From positions 1 through 64,000 of the IMG/VR virus record IMGVR_UViG_3300008448_011250: a stretch of DNA of 64,000 bases; one strand, 5' to 3'. This DNA is from a virus. A program made the translations under genes and the position numbers. The notes under the pieces are model-generated. The model searched no databases and had not been told where the DNA came from. It saw nothing but the letters and a program-made list of their open reading frames with translations. The first letter of the stretch is position 1; every line of letters starts with the position of its first letter. Shown here in pieces: positions 1 through 9,931 of the stretch.

Positions 1-1
1 T

Positions 2-280
2 CTTTACACCAACAAATTGTTCCGTAATTTTGAATTGTCAGAAGGTCAAAAAATGAAAGTAATTGAAAACTTTGACAGAGCTGGTAATACAAGAGAAGTA
101 AAATTAGTATTTAGTACGTTAGCAGAATCATTCAATAAGCCTAAAGCTAAAAGAGTTGTTAAAGAATCTTTAGCTTCTAAGCCTACAGCAACCACTGCAC
201 CGTCAAAACAAACAACTCAAGTTCTTTCAGAAGGTTTCGAAATGGCAAACCGTTGGAAGAAATTGGCAGGATTAATTTAA
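2..280 (+). CDS. Prohead scaffold/core protein, C-terminal part (5'-truncated by window edge)
   Basis: Frame is open from position 2 (LYTNKLFRNF...). Lies immediately upstream of the capsid gene. Has L/V-x-E motifs (LSE, LAE, VKE) and ends RWKKLAGLI. Confidence 0.7.
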   Translation, partial: LYTNKLFRNFELSEGQKMKVIENFDRAGNTREVKLVFSTLAESFNKPKAKRVVKESLASKPTATTAPSKQTTQVLSEGFEMANRWKKLAGLI

Positions 281-311
281 TTTAAAAAAAACAAAACAAA
301 GGAGAAAAACG

Positions 312-1991
312 ATGAGTTTAAATTCATTATTACAAAGTCCAGACGCTTCTCAACGTGCTGCATCGGTAGCAATCGTTAATAAGTGGGAAAAAACCGGACT
401 ATTAGAAGGTCTTAAACGTGAGACTGAAAGAGCCGGAATGGCACAATTGCTTGAAAACCAAGCACGTCAATTAGTAAAAGAAGCTTCACAAACAGGTACT
501 GCAGAAGGATCTGAAGAGTGGGCAGGTGTTGCACTTCCATTGGTAAGAAGAATCTTCGCTGAATTTGCAGCTAAAGAATTCGTTTCTGTTCAACCAATGA
601 ACTTGCCATCGGGTCTAGTATTTTATTTAGACTTTAAATATGGTACAGCTCAACCAGGATTCAATGATGATAACAACAACAGAACAGGTGATCCATTTGG
701 TAATCCTAATGCATTAGATTCATTGTTTGGTGTTACTACAACTGGTTCTGATGCGGCAGGTGGTCTTTATGGTGCTGGTCGTTTCGGTTATTCAATTAAG
801 AGTGTAACAACTTCAAACTTGTCAGCAGTTGCTTCAACAGGTTCTGGCGCAGGTGCATTAACAAATGCAGCAGATGTTAACTTTGATAGCGCGTATTCTG
901 CTTCATTGTCAAGCTACAAAAAAATAACTGTTGCAATGCCAAATGATGCTGATTTATTTGCGGTTAGAGCATTTACATTAGTATCTGGTTCAACTGAAAT
1001 CATTCCAGTTCAAGCATTCTCTTCAATTACTTCAGCTTACACTGCATCATTTATTGTTACAACTGCAGATGCAACAGAAATTCAAAAAGCAATTTCAGCT
1101 TCTAACTTTAAAGTTAATTACAGTGTTCAACCTATCTCTTATGAAAGAGGTGATTTTGAAGATACTAATCCATTCAAAGGTTCTACCGCAAATAGTGGTA
1201 TCGATGATGGTACTGATATTAACATCCCTGAATTGAACTTAGAGCTTCAATCAGATCCAATCGTTGCTAAGACTCGTAAGTTGAAAGCAGTTTGGACACC
1301 TGAATTTGCTCAAGATCTTAACGCTTACCACTCAATTGATGCTGAAGCTGAATTGACTTCAATGCTTTCTGAGTATGTATCAATGGAAATCGATCTTGAG
1401 ATCCTTGATATGTTGATTTCAGCAGCCCCAACAACTGAGTATTGGTCAGCTTTAAATAACAATGTATGGAATGGTAATGGATTTACTCAAGCTGCTGCTG
1501 GTTCAGTTGGTTCGGCTGGTGATGGATTCTACAACACTCAAGGTGGATGGTTCCAAACATTGGGTACTAAACTTCAAAAAGTATCTAACAAAATTCACCA
1601 AAAAACATTACGTGGTGGTGCTAACTTCTTAGTAACATCTCCTGCAGTTGCAACTATTCTTGAGTCTATCCCAGGATTTGCTGCAGACACTGATGGAACT
1701 AAAATGGAATTTGCAGCTGGTGTACAAAAAATTGGTGCAATCAATAACCGTTACACAGTTTACAAAAATCCATATATGTTAGAGAACGTAATCCTAATGG
1801 GATTCAGAGGAAGTCAATTCCTTGAAACAGGTGCTGTATTTAGCCCTTATATTCCGTTGATTATGACTCCACTTGTATACGATCCAGTTAACTTCACTCC
1901 ACGTAAAGGTGTCATGACACGTTACGCGAAGAAAGTAGTTCGTCCAGAATTCTACGGAAAAGTATATGTTCACGGATTAAACACTCTTTAA
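312..1991 (+). CDS. Major capsid protein (T4 gp23-like) with S/T/A-rich insertion
   Basis: gp23 motifs LPLVRR, VSVQPMNLPSGLVFYLDF, AKTRKLKAVWTPEFAQDLNAYHSIDAEAEL, PYIPL, FTPRKGVMTRYA. GGAG RBS at 301. Confidence 0.95.
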   Translation: MSLNSLLQSPDASQRAASVAIVNKWEKTGLLEGLKRETERAGMAQLLENQARQLVKEASQTGTAEGSEEWAGVALPLVRRIFAEFAAKEFVSVQPMNLPSGLVFYLDFKYGTAQPGFNDDNNNRTGDPFGNPNALDSLFGVTTTGSDAAGGLYGAGRFGYSIKSVTTSNLSAVASTGSGAGALTNAADVNFDSAYSASLSSYKKITVAMPNDADLFAVRAFTLVSGSTEIIPVQAFSSITSAYTASFIVTTADATEIQKAISASNFKVNYSVQPISYERGDFEDTNPFKGSTANSGIDDGTDINIPELNLELQSDPIVAKTRKLKAVWTPEFAQDLNAYHSIDAEAELTSMLSEYVSMEIDLEILDMLISAAPTTEYWSALNNNVWNGNGFTQAAAGSVGSAGDGFYNTQGGWFQTLGTKLQKVSNKIHQKTLRGGANFLVTSPAVATILESIPGFAADTDGTKMEFAAGVQKIGAINNRYTVYKNPYMLENVILMGFRGSQFLETGAVFSPYIPLIMTPLVYDPVNFTPRKGVMTRYAKKVVRPEFYGKVYVHGLNTL

Positions 1992-2016
1992 TAAGTTAAA
2001 CAATTAACTAATTAAG

Positions 2017-2047
2017 AAGAAGGGATGGCTCCGGTCATCCCTTTCTT
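2017..2047 (+). terminator. Intrinsic terminator after capsid gene
   Basis: AGGGATGGC-TCCG-GTCATCCCT stem-loop followed by TTCTT. Confidence 0.8.
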
Positions 2048-2055
2048 ACTGTTCG

Positions 2056-2064
2056 ATATTTATA
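2056..2064 (+). promoter_or_regulatory. Putative late promoter motif ATATTTAT(A), representative copy
   Basis: Same motif 10-25 nt upstream of starts at 2056, 3028, 9618, 15939, 18501, 19101, 20110, 28557, 30243, 35390, 50525 and 52643. Confidence 0.7.
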
Positions 2065-2074
2065 TTAAAAGATT

Positions 2075-2350
2075 ATGGCAGTTCCGTATGTTAAATATTC
2101 AATGGAAGTAATCATCAGATATGATGGTCGCTTAGTAGACGTATTAGATAGAATACGTGCAATTACCTTAGTACTCATGGTTCATATCGAACAAGACTTA
2201 GGCCCAGACAAAGAACGAATTACAATTAAGGTAATGACACCACATCCACCTAGACAAACGTATTTTGCTATTCGTAAAGCATGTTTAGGAAAGATTGAAA
2301 CACTTAAAGATATGTCATTGCAAGAATCAACACTTACAAAATTAGTTTAA
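2075..2350 (+). CDS. Hypothetical protein
   Basis: 91 aa ORF filling the gap, preceded by the ATATTTATA motif. Confidence 0.7.
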   Translation: MAVPYVKYSMEVIIRYDGRLVDVLDRIRAITLVLMVHIEQDLGPDKERITIKVMTPHPPRQTYFAIRKACLGKIETLKDMSLQESTLTKLV

Positions 2351-2362
2351 CGAAAGCAAGTT

Positions 2363-3028
2363 ATGGCAACACTGAACAAGGAGAAAACTCCACCGAAGAA
2401 TGACATTAAATATTCAATTACATTGTCAGAAGAACAAAAACAAGCAAAAGCAAAAATTATTGAAACTCCATTCAATTTTTTATTAGGACAAGCAGGTTCG
2501 GGAAAAACATTGTTAGCAGTTCAAATTGCATTGGATATGTTTTTTAAACGTCAAGTAAATAAAATTATCATTACACGTCCAACCGTTTCAAATGAAGATA
2601 ACGGATTTCTTCCAGGCTCATTAGCAGAAAAAATGGATCCATGGTTAGTTCCAATTAGATCTAATATGCGTAAAGTTTATAACAAACCTGAAATATTAAA
2701 CAAAATGGAAAAGGAAGAAAATATTGAATTAGTATCATTATCTCATTTTCGCGGACGTACTTTTGACAATGCAATTTGTATTGTAGATGAGTTTCAAAAC
2801 TTAACTAAACAACAATTACAAATGGTTTTATCTCGTTTAGGTAAGGACAGTATAATGATATTAACCGGAGATAAACATCAAGTAGATTTAAAATTTAAAA
2901 ATGATTCAGCCATACATGAAGTTCCTAAAATCAAAGAGTCTCGATTTGTGAATGAAATTATTTTAAAAGATAATCACCGCCATGAAGCGTTAACGGAAAT
3001 TTTGCGACTCTTAAATGAATCATATTGA
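2363..3028 (+). CDS. phoH: PhoH-family ATPase
   Basis: GQAGSGKT Walker A, ITRP, GFLPG, RGRTF, DEFQN, GDxxQxD. Confidence 0.95.
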   Translation: MATLNKEKTPPKNDIKYSITLSEEQKQAKAKIIETPFNFLLGQAGSGKTLLAVQIALDMFFKRQVNKIIITRPTVSNEDNGFLPGSLAEKMDPWLVPIRSNMRKVYNKPEILNKMEKEENIELVSLSHFRGRTFDNAICIVDEFQNLTKQQLQMVLSRLGKDSIMILTGDKHQVDLKFKNDSAIHEVPKIKESRFVNEIILKDNHRHEALTEILRLLNESY

Positions 3029-3052
3029 TATTTATATATAAAAGGATAAATC

Positions 3053-4285
3053 ATGGATTACTCAGAAAATAAGCCCATATGGCCTGGATCTTCTTCGTTT
3101 ACAACTGGATCAACACCATTTGGCTTTTTTGATACCGATCCCATGTTTCAACAACATGCAGATTCGTTTGCAAAATATGCCGCACAACAGGTTGGATATC
3201 CTATCATGGATGTTGAACTTTTAGCAATAAATTTTTATGCTGCATTTGAAGCAGCTACCATGGAATATTCCAATCAAATTAATCAAGTTAATATTATTAA
3301 TAATTTAGTATCAACTCTGGGAGTACAAACCGGTTCAAATGTTTTAGGAGCAAAAGGGTTGACAGGTACTTTAGTTGGCCAATCATTAGGATATATTACT
3401 AAATTATCAAAAGCATATGGTACTGAAGCTGATTCGGGAGGAACCGTACGTTGGTATTCGGCATCAATTGATATCGTCTCAGGACAACAAACATATAGTA
3501 TTAGACAAGCAGTATCAGCATCATTTGCTGCGGCAGGAAAAACTCTTTCAAATACTAGTTCAATTGAGATTAAACGAGTATTGCATAATGTACCTCCTGC
3601 AATTGTTAGATACTTTGATCCGTTTGTAGGAACAGGTTTAGGTTCTCAACAATTACTTGATGCATTTGATTTTGGAGGATTTTCGCCATCGGTTAATTTC
3701 ATGATGATGCCGATTCATATGGATTTGCTTCGTATACAAACTATAGAATTCAATGATCAAATACGTAAATCACATTTTTCTTTTGATATACATGGAGATG
3801 ATATACGAATATACCCTGTACCTGGAACGCAAGGCACAATGGCTTCTCCATATTTTAAAAATGTTTGGATTGAATTTTTATTTGAAGAAGATAAAGGTAA
3901 AGAAGCAATACTATTCGGAAATACAGCTGTACAAGATGGTTTGATAACAGATGCATCAAATATACCATATACATATCAAACTTATAAATCAATCAATGAT
4001 ATGGGGCGTGCTTGGATTATTAGATATGGAACGGCTCTAGTTAAAGAAACATTGGGATATGTACGTAGTAAATATTCATCAGTTCCAATTCCAAATGGTG
4101 AAGTAACGCTTAACGGAACTGATTTAGTTACACAAGGTCAGACTGAAAAAGAAGCATTAATAACGCAGCTTCGAGAATTTTTAGAAAAAATGACTAAAGA
4201 ACAAATGCTAACTCGACAAAATGCAGAAGCAACACAAATGAGTGAAATACTAGGCAAAGTGCCTTTGAAAATTTATATAGGATAA
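3053..4285 (+). CDS. Neck / head-tail adaptor protein (gp13-like)
   Basis: Position after the capsid gene. GYPIMDVEL N-terminal motif and VRSKYSSVPIPNGEVTLNG C-terminal motif resemble gp13-type adaptors. Confidence 0.7.
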   Translation: MDYSENKPIWPGSSSFTTGSTPFGFFDTDPMFQQHADSFAKYAAQQVGYPIMDVELLAINFYAAFEAATMEYSNQINQVNIINNLVSTLGVQTGSNVLGAKGLTGTLVGQSLGYITKLSKAYGTEADSGGTVRWYSASIDIVSGQQTYSIRQAVSASFAAAGKTLSNTSSIEIKRVLHNVPPAIVRYFDPFVGTGLGSQQLLDAFDFGGFSPSVNFMMMPIHMDLLRIQTIEFNDQIRKSHFSFDIHGDDIRIYPVPGTQGTMASPYFKNVWIEFLFEEDKGKEAILFGNTAVQDGLITDASNIPYTYQTYKSINDMGRAWIIRYGTALVKETLGYVRSKYSSVPIPNGEVTLNGTDLVTQGQTEKEALITQLREFLEKMTKEQMLTRQNAEATQMSEILGKVPLKIYIG

Positions 4286-4287
4286 AC

Positions 4288-4809
4288 ATGGCTCTATTTG
4301 GCGGTCAACGAGATGCGAGATTTTTAGCAGCAATTAATTCGGAATTGATTAATGCAATAATTGATACTGAAATTGAGTTCTTTAAACTGCTAGTAGATGC
4401 GAGTAACGCTAACATATACGGCGAATCAGAGCGCAAGGCATATTATGATTCCATTATGATTCCGTGCTTAATTACGAAGGACGATAAGACGTCAAATATG
4501 GATGATTATGGACACACATATACACGTACGGCAACATTTGCTATTTCAAGAGACATATTAGAACGAGCTACATTTTATCCAGAAGTTGGCGACATTGTAT
4601 TTTGGGACAATGAGTATTATGAATTAGATAGCGTCGATGCAAATCAGTATTTTGTAGGTAAAAATCCTGAGACATGGCCGAATGGCGACAAACATGGATA
4701 TAGTGTATCCGTATTATGTAACGCACATGCAACTCGTCAAACTCCACAAGGTATCAAAGATATTCGACGCGGAGGCAATAATACAACTAATGGACAGCGA
4801 GGATATTAA
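4288..4809 (+). CDS. Head closure / neck protein (gp14-like)
   Basis: NIYGES and PEVGDIV motifs; synteny. Confidence 0.65.
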   Translation: MALFGGQRDARFLAAINSELINAIIDTEIEFFKLLVDASNANIYGESERKAYYDSIMIPCLITKDDKTSNMDDYGHTYTRTATFAISRDILERATFYPEVGDIVFWDNEYYELDSVDANQYFVGKNPETWPNGDKHGYSVSVLCNAHATRQTPQGIKDIRRGGNNTTNGQRGY

Positions 4810-6035
4810 TGCCTAAATATAACAAACAAAATATTGACCGTAAAACAAATAAACCTGCATTGAAACGAACAGAAGGTTTAACGCCAGATGTATTGTTGAA
4901 TCGTGCAATGCAAATTCGTCGAGATGATGACGTAATTCGTAGTGCAAAACGTACGGCATATGATATTGACTATGCAATTAAATGGTACATTGAAAATGAA
5001 ATACAACCACAAATAACGGCAAATGAATCTGTAATTAATGTTCCAGTTATTTTTGCTAACGGAGAGAAATGGGACAATGTACGTAGATTAGGATATATAC
5101 GTGATGAAAAAGGAATGTTGCAATCTCCATTAATCATGTTGAAACGAAATAGTATTGCTGAACGTGATGAACATCGTACGTTAGATGTTAATAGACCACA
5201 ATCTGGAAATCAAATAGTTTATCGACAACGATATAATGAACGTAATCGTTATGAAGATGAATTATTTCCAATACCAACAAATCAACCAGCAGACTCAGAA
5301 AAAATTTATATTGTAGATATTCCAAAATATGTTACATTGGAATATGATATGATGATATGGTGTGATTTTACAACACAACTTAATGATTTAATTGATCAAA
5401 TATTACCATATGGGCGATTTGCTTGGGGAAATGATGCAAATAAATTTGCTACAACTATTGGGTCAGTATCATTTGAAACAGTGAATACAGTAGGCGAAGA
5501 TCGTTTAGTTAGAGCAACTATACCACTAACTGTTTTAGGAACGTTGCTTTCTGCACAAGAATCTAGAATTGAAACAATTCGAAAGGCATATTCACTTAAA
5601 AAAGTTTCATTTGATGTTGTAGTTGATGTTGGCAATCTTAATATATTTAGTACAACGCAAGTTCCACAAGCAGTACTTCAAAATCAACAACAAGTTATGT
5701 CCGGAGGCTCCGTAGTAGTTTCGGGGGGCGGTTCTACCATATCACTTAATGCAGCCGCAATGTTGTATTTAACCGCATTAACAGACAAACAAGCAACATA
5801 TGTCAATGCAACAACGGTGACGGTAGCAGCGTATGCTGCAATTAATCCAGTAACTAATACAATTGCAACGGTAAATGAATTTGATGTTTATATTAACGGA
5901 CAATATATTGATAAAGTAGTATATACATGGACGCCTACCGATGCATCAACGCAAACCATTGTGTTTAATACTTCCGTGTTAGGATATGGTATAGATCCTA
6001 CAGACACGGTAATTATAAACGGGAGATGGCAATAA
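4809..6035 (+). CDS. Tail terminator / sheath stabiliser (gp15-like) with C-terminal extension
   Basis: VPVIFANGEKW, PKYVTLEYDMMIW, QILPY motifs; synteny. Confidence 0.6.
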   Translation: MPKYNKQNIDRKTNKPALKRTEGLTPDVLLNRAMQIRRDDDVIRSAKRTAYDIDYAIKWYIENEIQPQITANESVINVPVIFANGEKWDNVRRLGYIRDEKGMLQSPLIMLKRNSIAERDEHRTLDVNRPQSGNQIVYRQRYNERNRYEDELFPIPTNQPADSEKIYIVDIPKYVTLEYDMMIWCDFTTQLNDLIDQILPYGRFAWGNDANKFATTIGSVSFETVNTVGEDRLVRATIPLTVLGTLLSAQESRIETIRKAYSLKKVSFDVVVDVGNLNIFSTTQVPQAVLQNQQQVMSGGSVVVSGGGSTISLNAAAMLYLTALTDKQATYVNATTVTVAAYAAINPVTNTIATVNEFDVYINGQYIDKVVYTWTPTDASTQTIVFNTSVLGYGIDPTDTVIINGRWQ

Positions 6036-9000
6036 TGAGACAGTTTAAGCCCGGACAATTACAATCAGGTTCACTATATCCAATTAGTGCAAGTTATGCA
6101 CTTACAGCATCATATCTATCAGGTAGCATATCAATTGACACTGGATCTTTAGTAACAACATCATCATTCAATGCATTTACTGCATCATATACAACCGGTT
6201 CATTTACGGGTTCATTTAAGGGCGATGGTTCTCAATTAACAGGCATTGTTTCAAGCAAATGGACCGGATCAAATCCTATATCACGCGAAAGCGATGTTGA
6301 AATAACAGGATCATTACGCATACAAGGTAGTATAACAGGTTCATTGTTCGGAACTGCCAGCTGGGCAAATAATGCAATAACTGCTTCATTTGTTAATCCG
6401 CTTGTACAAAATGTATTAATTACAGGTTCAATAACTGCAACTTCATTTACAGGTAGTTTAAGTGGATCCGTTACAGCACCAGGTTCATCATCACAAGTAA
6501 TTTTCAATAATGCAAACGTTTTATCTGCAGATGCTGGATTTACTTATAGTGGTAGTAAATTATCATTGGGTCAATTAAATGTTAATGGAGAAGTTATCTT
6601 AAATAGAGCATCAACTGGTCAAACTGTTGGAGGAATCCGTGCTATCCCTGGTGGAACGGAAATTGGAGGTTCGACGTATCTTGATAGGATAATTTTAGGT
6701 AATGGATCCGGTTTACAATTCTTTACCTTTACTTCAGGTGCTGGTAATGCTGAACGTATGCGAATCACATCTGGAACAAGTGGTGTGGGCGTTGGTATTG
6801 GAACTACAACAGTTTCAGCATCTCTTCACATATCCGGTGCAGATTCAGCTGCTTTATTTAGAATAGATTCTCCAAGTAATCCAAATATATTATTTGTAAC
6901 TGGCAGTGGACGAATTGGTATTGGAAAAACAACACCAAACGCTCGCCTAGATGTTACCGGATCTGCAATCATAACAGGTTCATTAACAGTAACACAAGGT
7001 ATTACAGGTTCACTATTTGGTACTGCAAGTTGGGCTGAAAATGCCATAACTGCTTCATATATAACAGCATCTGGAGTATATGGTCCATATGGTGCAAATA
7101 GTGTTACATCATCATCATATGCAGCAACAGCATCATATTCAAAAAACATACAAATATCAGGTTCGGTAAATAATGTTGATTATATTGATTTTAATACTGG
7201 TTCAGCAATACCTGCATGGAAATCGGGTCGTGTATTTTGGGATAACACTGATGGAGCATTGGCTGTATATAATGCAGAAGCTGACATTACTTTACAAGTT
7301 GGCCAAGAAAATTGGACGCGCGTATCAAATAGAACAGGTACTACAATTACAAACGGTACCGTTGTTAGACTATTAGGGGCACATGGTGACGTCCCTGAAG
7401 TTGAAAGAGCACAATCGCTTTTAGTATCGGGAAGTATAAATGTACTTAATCAAATACTAGGTGTAGCAACTCATGATATTGAACATAACTCAAAAGGTTA
7501 TGTAACAACACAAGGCCTTGTTAGAGGTTTAAATACTAATGCATTTAATGATGGCGACACGTTATTTGTTGGTACGGGATCATCAGGAGCTTTAACAAAC
7601 ATTCCGCCATATGCTCCGTATGAAATTATTCCAGTAGGCGTTTGTGTCAAAGCAGGCCCGGGCGGAAGTGGAATCATATACGTTGCTGTACAAGAACCAA
7701 TTGATTTTTCAGATTTAAGTTCGGTGCTAGTTGAAGGCATATACCATTATGGAGATTTGTGGACATATGTACAAAGTGGTAGTACCGGTGTTTGGACACA
7801 CACTAACCAACTTTCTGGTTCTTATGGCTTAACTGGTTCATTAACTGCAACTAGCATAACAGCATCTAATTTATATGCAGGTGCAACATACATATCTGGT
7901 TCATTGATAGTAAATGGTCAATCTACGTTTTACGGTACAGCTTCATTCGTTAGTGTAACTGCATCCAATTTATTTGTTAGTGAATCATTTATTTCCGTAA
8001 ATGTATTTGAACCGGTAGAACGGTTTGGAGGACTTAAAGTATATGATTCTGGTTCTTCCACAGCGACTGCTAGCTTGGCCTGGGACTCACTTCATAATCA
8101 TTGGGTATATCAAAATGTAGATGGTTTAACATATACCGGAGGTATGCTTTTATCAGGTCCTAGAAACACCGGATCATTAGGTGATGAACCTAACTTAACT
8201 AAATGGGTTGTCCCGCGCAGTGATGGCGGAGATCACTTAAACGACTCACAAATATTTACAAGTGCATCTGTAACACAAATTACAGGTTCATTAACTGTAA
8301 CAGCAGGAATAACGGGTAGTTTAAATGGAACATCAAGTTTTGCTACAAGCGCATCATTTGCAACAAGCGCATCATATGCACTAACAGCATCATATCTAGA
8401 TAATTACATTCCACCGTTTCCATATACAGGTTCAGCTCGTATAACTGGATCATTAGGCGTAACTGGATCATTAGAAATAACCGGATCTCAGGTTTATCTT
8501 AAAACTAATGGTTTTATAGTTGAAAATGTTGACCTTAATGCTAGTTTAATAGAAGCAACAACCGCCGGAGGTGTTTATGTTTGGAGTACAAACTCTAACC
8601 CATCAGCTGATTTTGAAAATAGACAATTATTAGATGAAAATGGCAGTGCTAGCATTGTCTGGACAACTCAACGAACTTTAGAACATGATAATGGCGCAGT
8701 ATTAGATTGGGCTAATCAAACACTAAACGATTACGATACATTACCATCGGTAAATTGGACTAATAGATATCTTTACGATCTAAATGGCAATCTTATGATA
8801 GCTTACGGAGGAGGAGATGGATTAAATATAGTAAATTATCGTCCCACTATTGAAGCCTTAACATTAGATATACAAGAGGATTTTACACAAACCAATGTCT
8901 ATTCTCTAAATGCTAATGCTGCTGGTAATATTATAGAGGTTTCAACAAACATAAGTTTAGCAGTAACAGCATCTAATCCTGTATTTTTAGACACAGATGG

Positions 9001-9328
9001 TATATGGAAACGATCAGATCAAACAACTGACACCACTACAAAACTTTTAGGAATTTGCGTAGAACCATATAACAAAGGCCTAATTCTAACAGAAGGAATA
9101 ATCACAGTCACAACAGCATCTGGATACCCAGACACTATGCCGTTTGTAAGTGGAAGTAGTTTTTACGGTATGCCTGTGTACTTAACCGGATCTACTGCAG
9201 CATTTACTACAACTAAACCAACCTCAGGATATGTAAGAGTGGTAGGTCATATGTATTATAACAGCACAACAACACCAGACTATTGGATAATGAAATTTAA
9301 CCCTTCTAACGATTGGTATGAGATATGA
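6026..9328 (+). CDS. Long modular fibre / structural protein rich in TGS/TAS/SGS/SAS
   Basis: 1100 aa. ERMRITS-G-VGIGT and GRIGIGKTTP..LDV fibre repeats; repeated ITGSLFGTASWA linkers. Confidence 0.75.
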   Translation: MAIMRQFKPGQLQSGSLYPISASYALTASYLSGSISIDTGSLVTTSSFNAFTASYTTGSFTGSFKGDGSQLTGIVSSKWTGSNPISRESDVEITGSLRIQGSITGSLFGTASWANNAITASFVNPLVQNVLITGSITATSFTGSLSGSVTAPGSSSQVIFNNANVLSADAGFTYSGSKLSLGQLNVNGEVILNRASTGQTVGGIRAIPGGTEIGGSTYLDRIILGNGSGLQFFTFTSGAGNAERMRITSGTSGVGVGIGTTTVSASLHISGADSAALFRIDSPSNPNILFVTGSGRIGIGKTTPNARLDVTGSAIITGSLTVTQGITGSLFGTASWAENAITASYITASGVYGPYGANSVTSSSYAATASYSKNIQISGSVNNVDYIDFNTGSAIPAWKSGRVFWDNTDGALAVYNAEADITLQVGQENWTRVSNRTGTTITNGTVVRLLGAHGDVPEVERAQSLLVSGSINVLNQILGVATHDIEHNSKGYVTTQGLVRGLNTNAFNDGDTLFVGTGSSGALTNIPPYAPYEIIPVGVCVKAGPGGSGIIYVAVQEPIDFSDLSSVLVEGIYHYGDLWTYVQSGSTGVWTHTNQLSGSYGLTGSLTATSITASNLYAGATYISGSLIVNGQSTFYGTASFVSVTASNLFVSESFISVNVFEPVERFGGLKVYDSGSSTATASLAWDSLHNHWVYQNVDGLTYTGGMLLSGPRNTGSLGDEPNLTKWVVPRSDGGDHLNDSQIFTSASVTQITGSLTVTAGITGSLNGTSSFATSASFATSASYALTASYLDNYIPPFPYTGSARITGSLGVTGSLEITGSQVYLKTNGFIVENVDLNASLIEATTAGGVYVWSTNSNPSADFENRQLLDENGSASIVWTTQRTLEHDNGAVLDWANQTLNDYDTLPSVNWTNRYLYDLNGNLMIAYGGGDGLNIVNYRPTIEALTLDIQEDFTQTNVYSLNANAAGNIIEVSTNISLAVTASNPVFLDTDGIWKRSDQTTDTTTKLLGICVEPYNKGLILTEGIITVTTASGYPDTMPFVSGSSFYGMPVYLTGSTAAFTTTKPTSGYVRVVGHMYYNSTTTPDYWIMKFNPSNDWYEI
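8339..8400 (+). repeat. Short tandem coding repeat (FATSAS)x2 followed by YALTASY
   Basis: tttgctacaagcgcatca-tttgcaacaagcgcatca-tatgca. Confidence 0.8.
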
Positions 9329-9627
9329 GTAACATAACAAAAATAAACGGTTTTCAAATAACAGCAGAGAGTGCTTCTTTTGCTGTAACCGCATCATATT
9401 TATCTGGAGCTGCACCTACCATAACATATATACGCAGAAGCGATTATACTGCGTCTCTTGATGCAAACGTAAATTTATTATATCTAGGAGAAGCAGTAAG
9501 TGGCTCAGCAGAATCTGCTACCGTTTGGGACATTACACGATTATCAATATCATCATCTGGTGCAACAACACCTAATTCAGCTTCCGGAGTAGCTTGGACC
9601 AATAGATATTCATATACATATTTATAA
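9325..9627 (+). CDS. Small fibre-associated structural protein
   Basis: Shares SAS(F/Y)AxTASYLSG with the N-terminus of the 6026 protein; overlapping ATGA start. Confidence 0.65.
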   Translation: MSNITKINGFQITAESASFAVTASYLSGAAPTITYIRRSDYTASLDANVNLLYLGEAVSGSAESATVWDITRLSISSSGATTPNSASGVAWTNRYSYTYL

Positions 9628-9640
9628 TAAAGGACCAGTT

Positions 9641-9931
9641 ATGCCAATTCAATCCACAAATCCGATTGTTGTAGATGGTGTTGAATATCCATACTACACT
9701 GTAAACCTAGCAATTTCACCTTTAGTAAAGGAAACCGAAGTTGGTGCTAGTGTTGCAATGCGTTTAACACCATATCGTGAATTAGAGGGAGGACGTCCAG
9801 ATGTTCTGCAAGGACATGACACACCGGTAGTTTATTTAGATGTATTTGCATCAGAGGATGTTCCAGCTGAAACAGCAGCATACAACATTCTAGGAATTAT
9901 TCAACAATACATAACGGAAAAAGGATTGTAA
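9641..9931 (+). CDS. Hypothetical protein (possible fibre chaperone/adaptor)
   Basis: AGGA RBS, ATATTTATA motif upstream, abuts the paralog array. Confidence 0.65.
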   Translation: MPIQSTNPIVVDGVEYPYYTVNLAISPLVKETEVGASVAMRLTPYRELEGGRPDVLQGHDTPVVYLDVFASEDVPAETAAYNILGIIQQYITEKGL

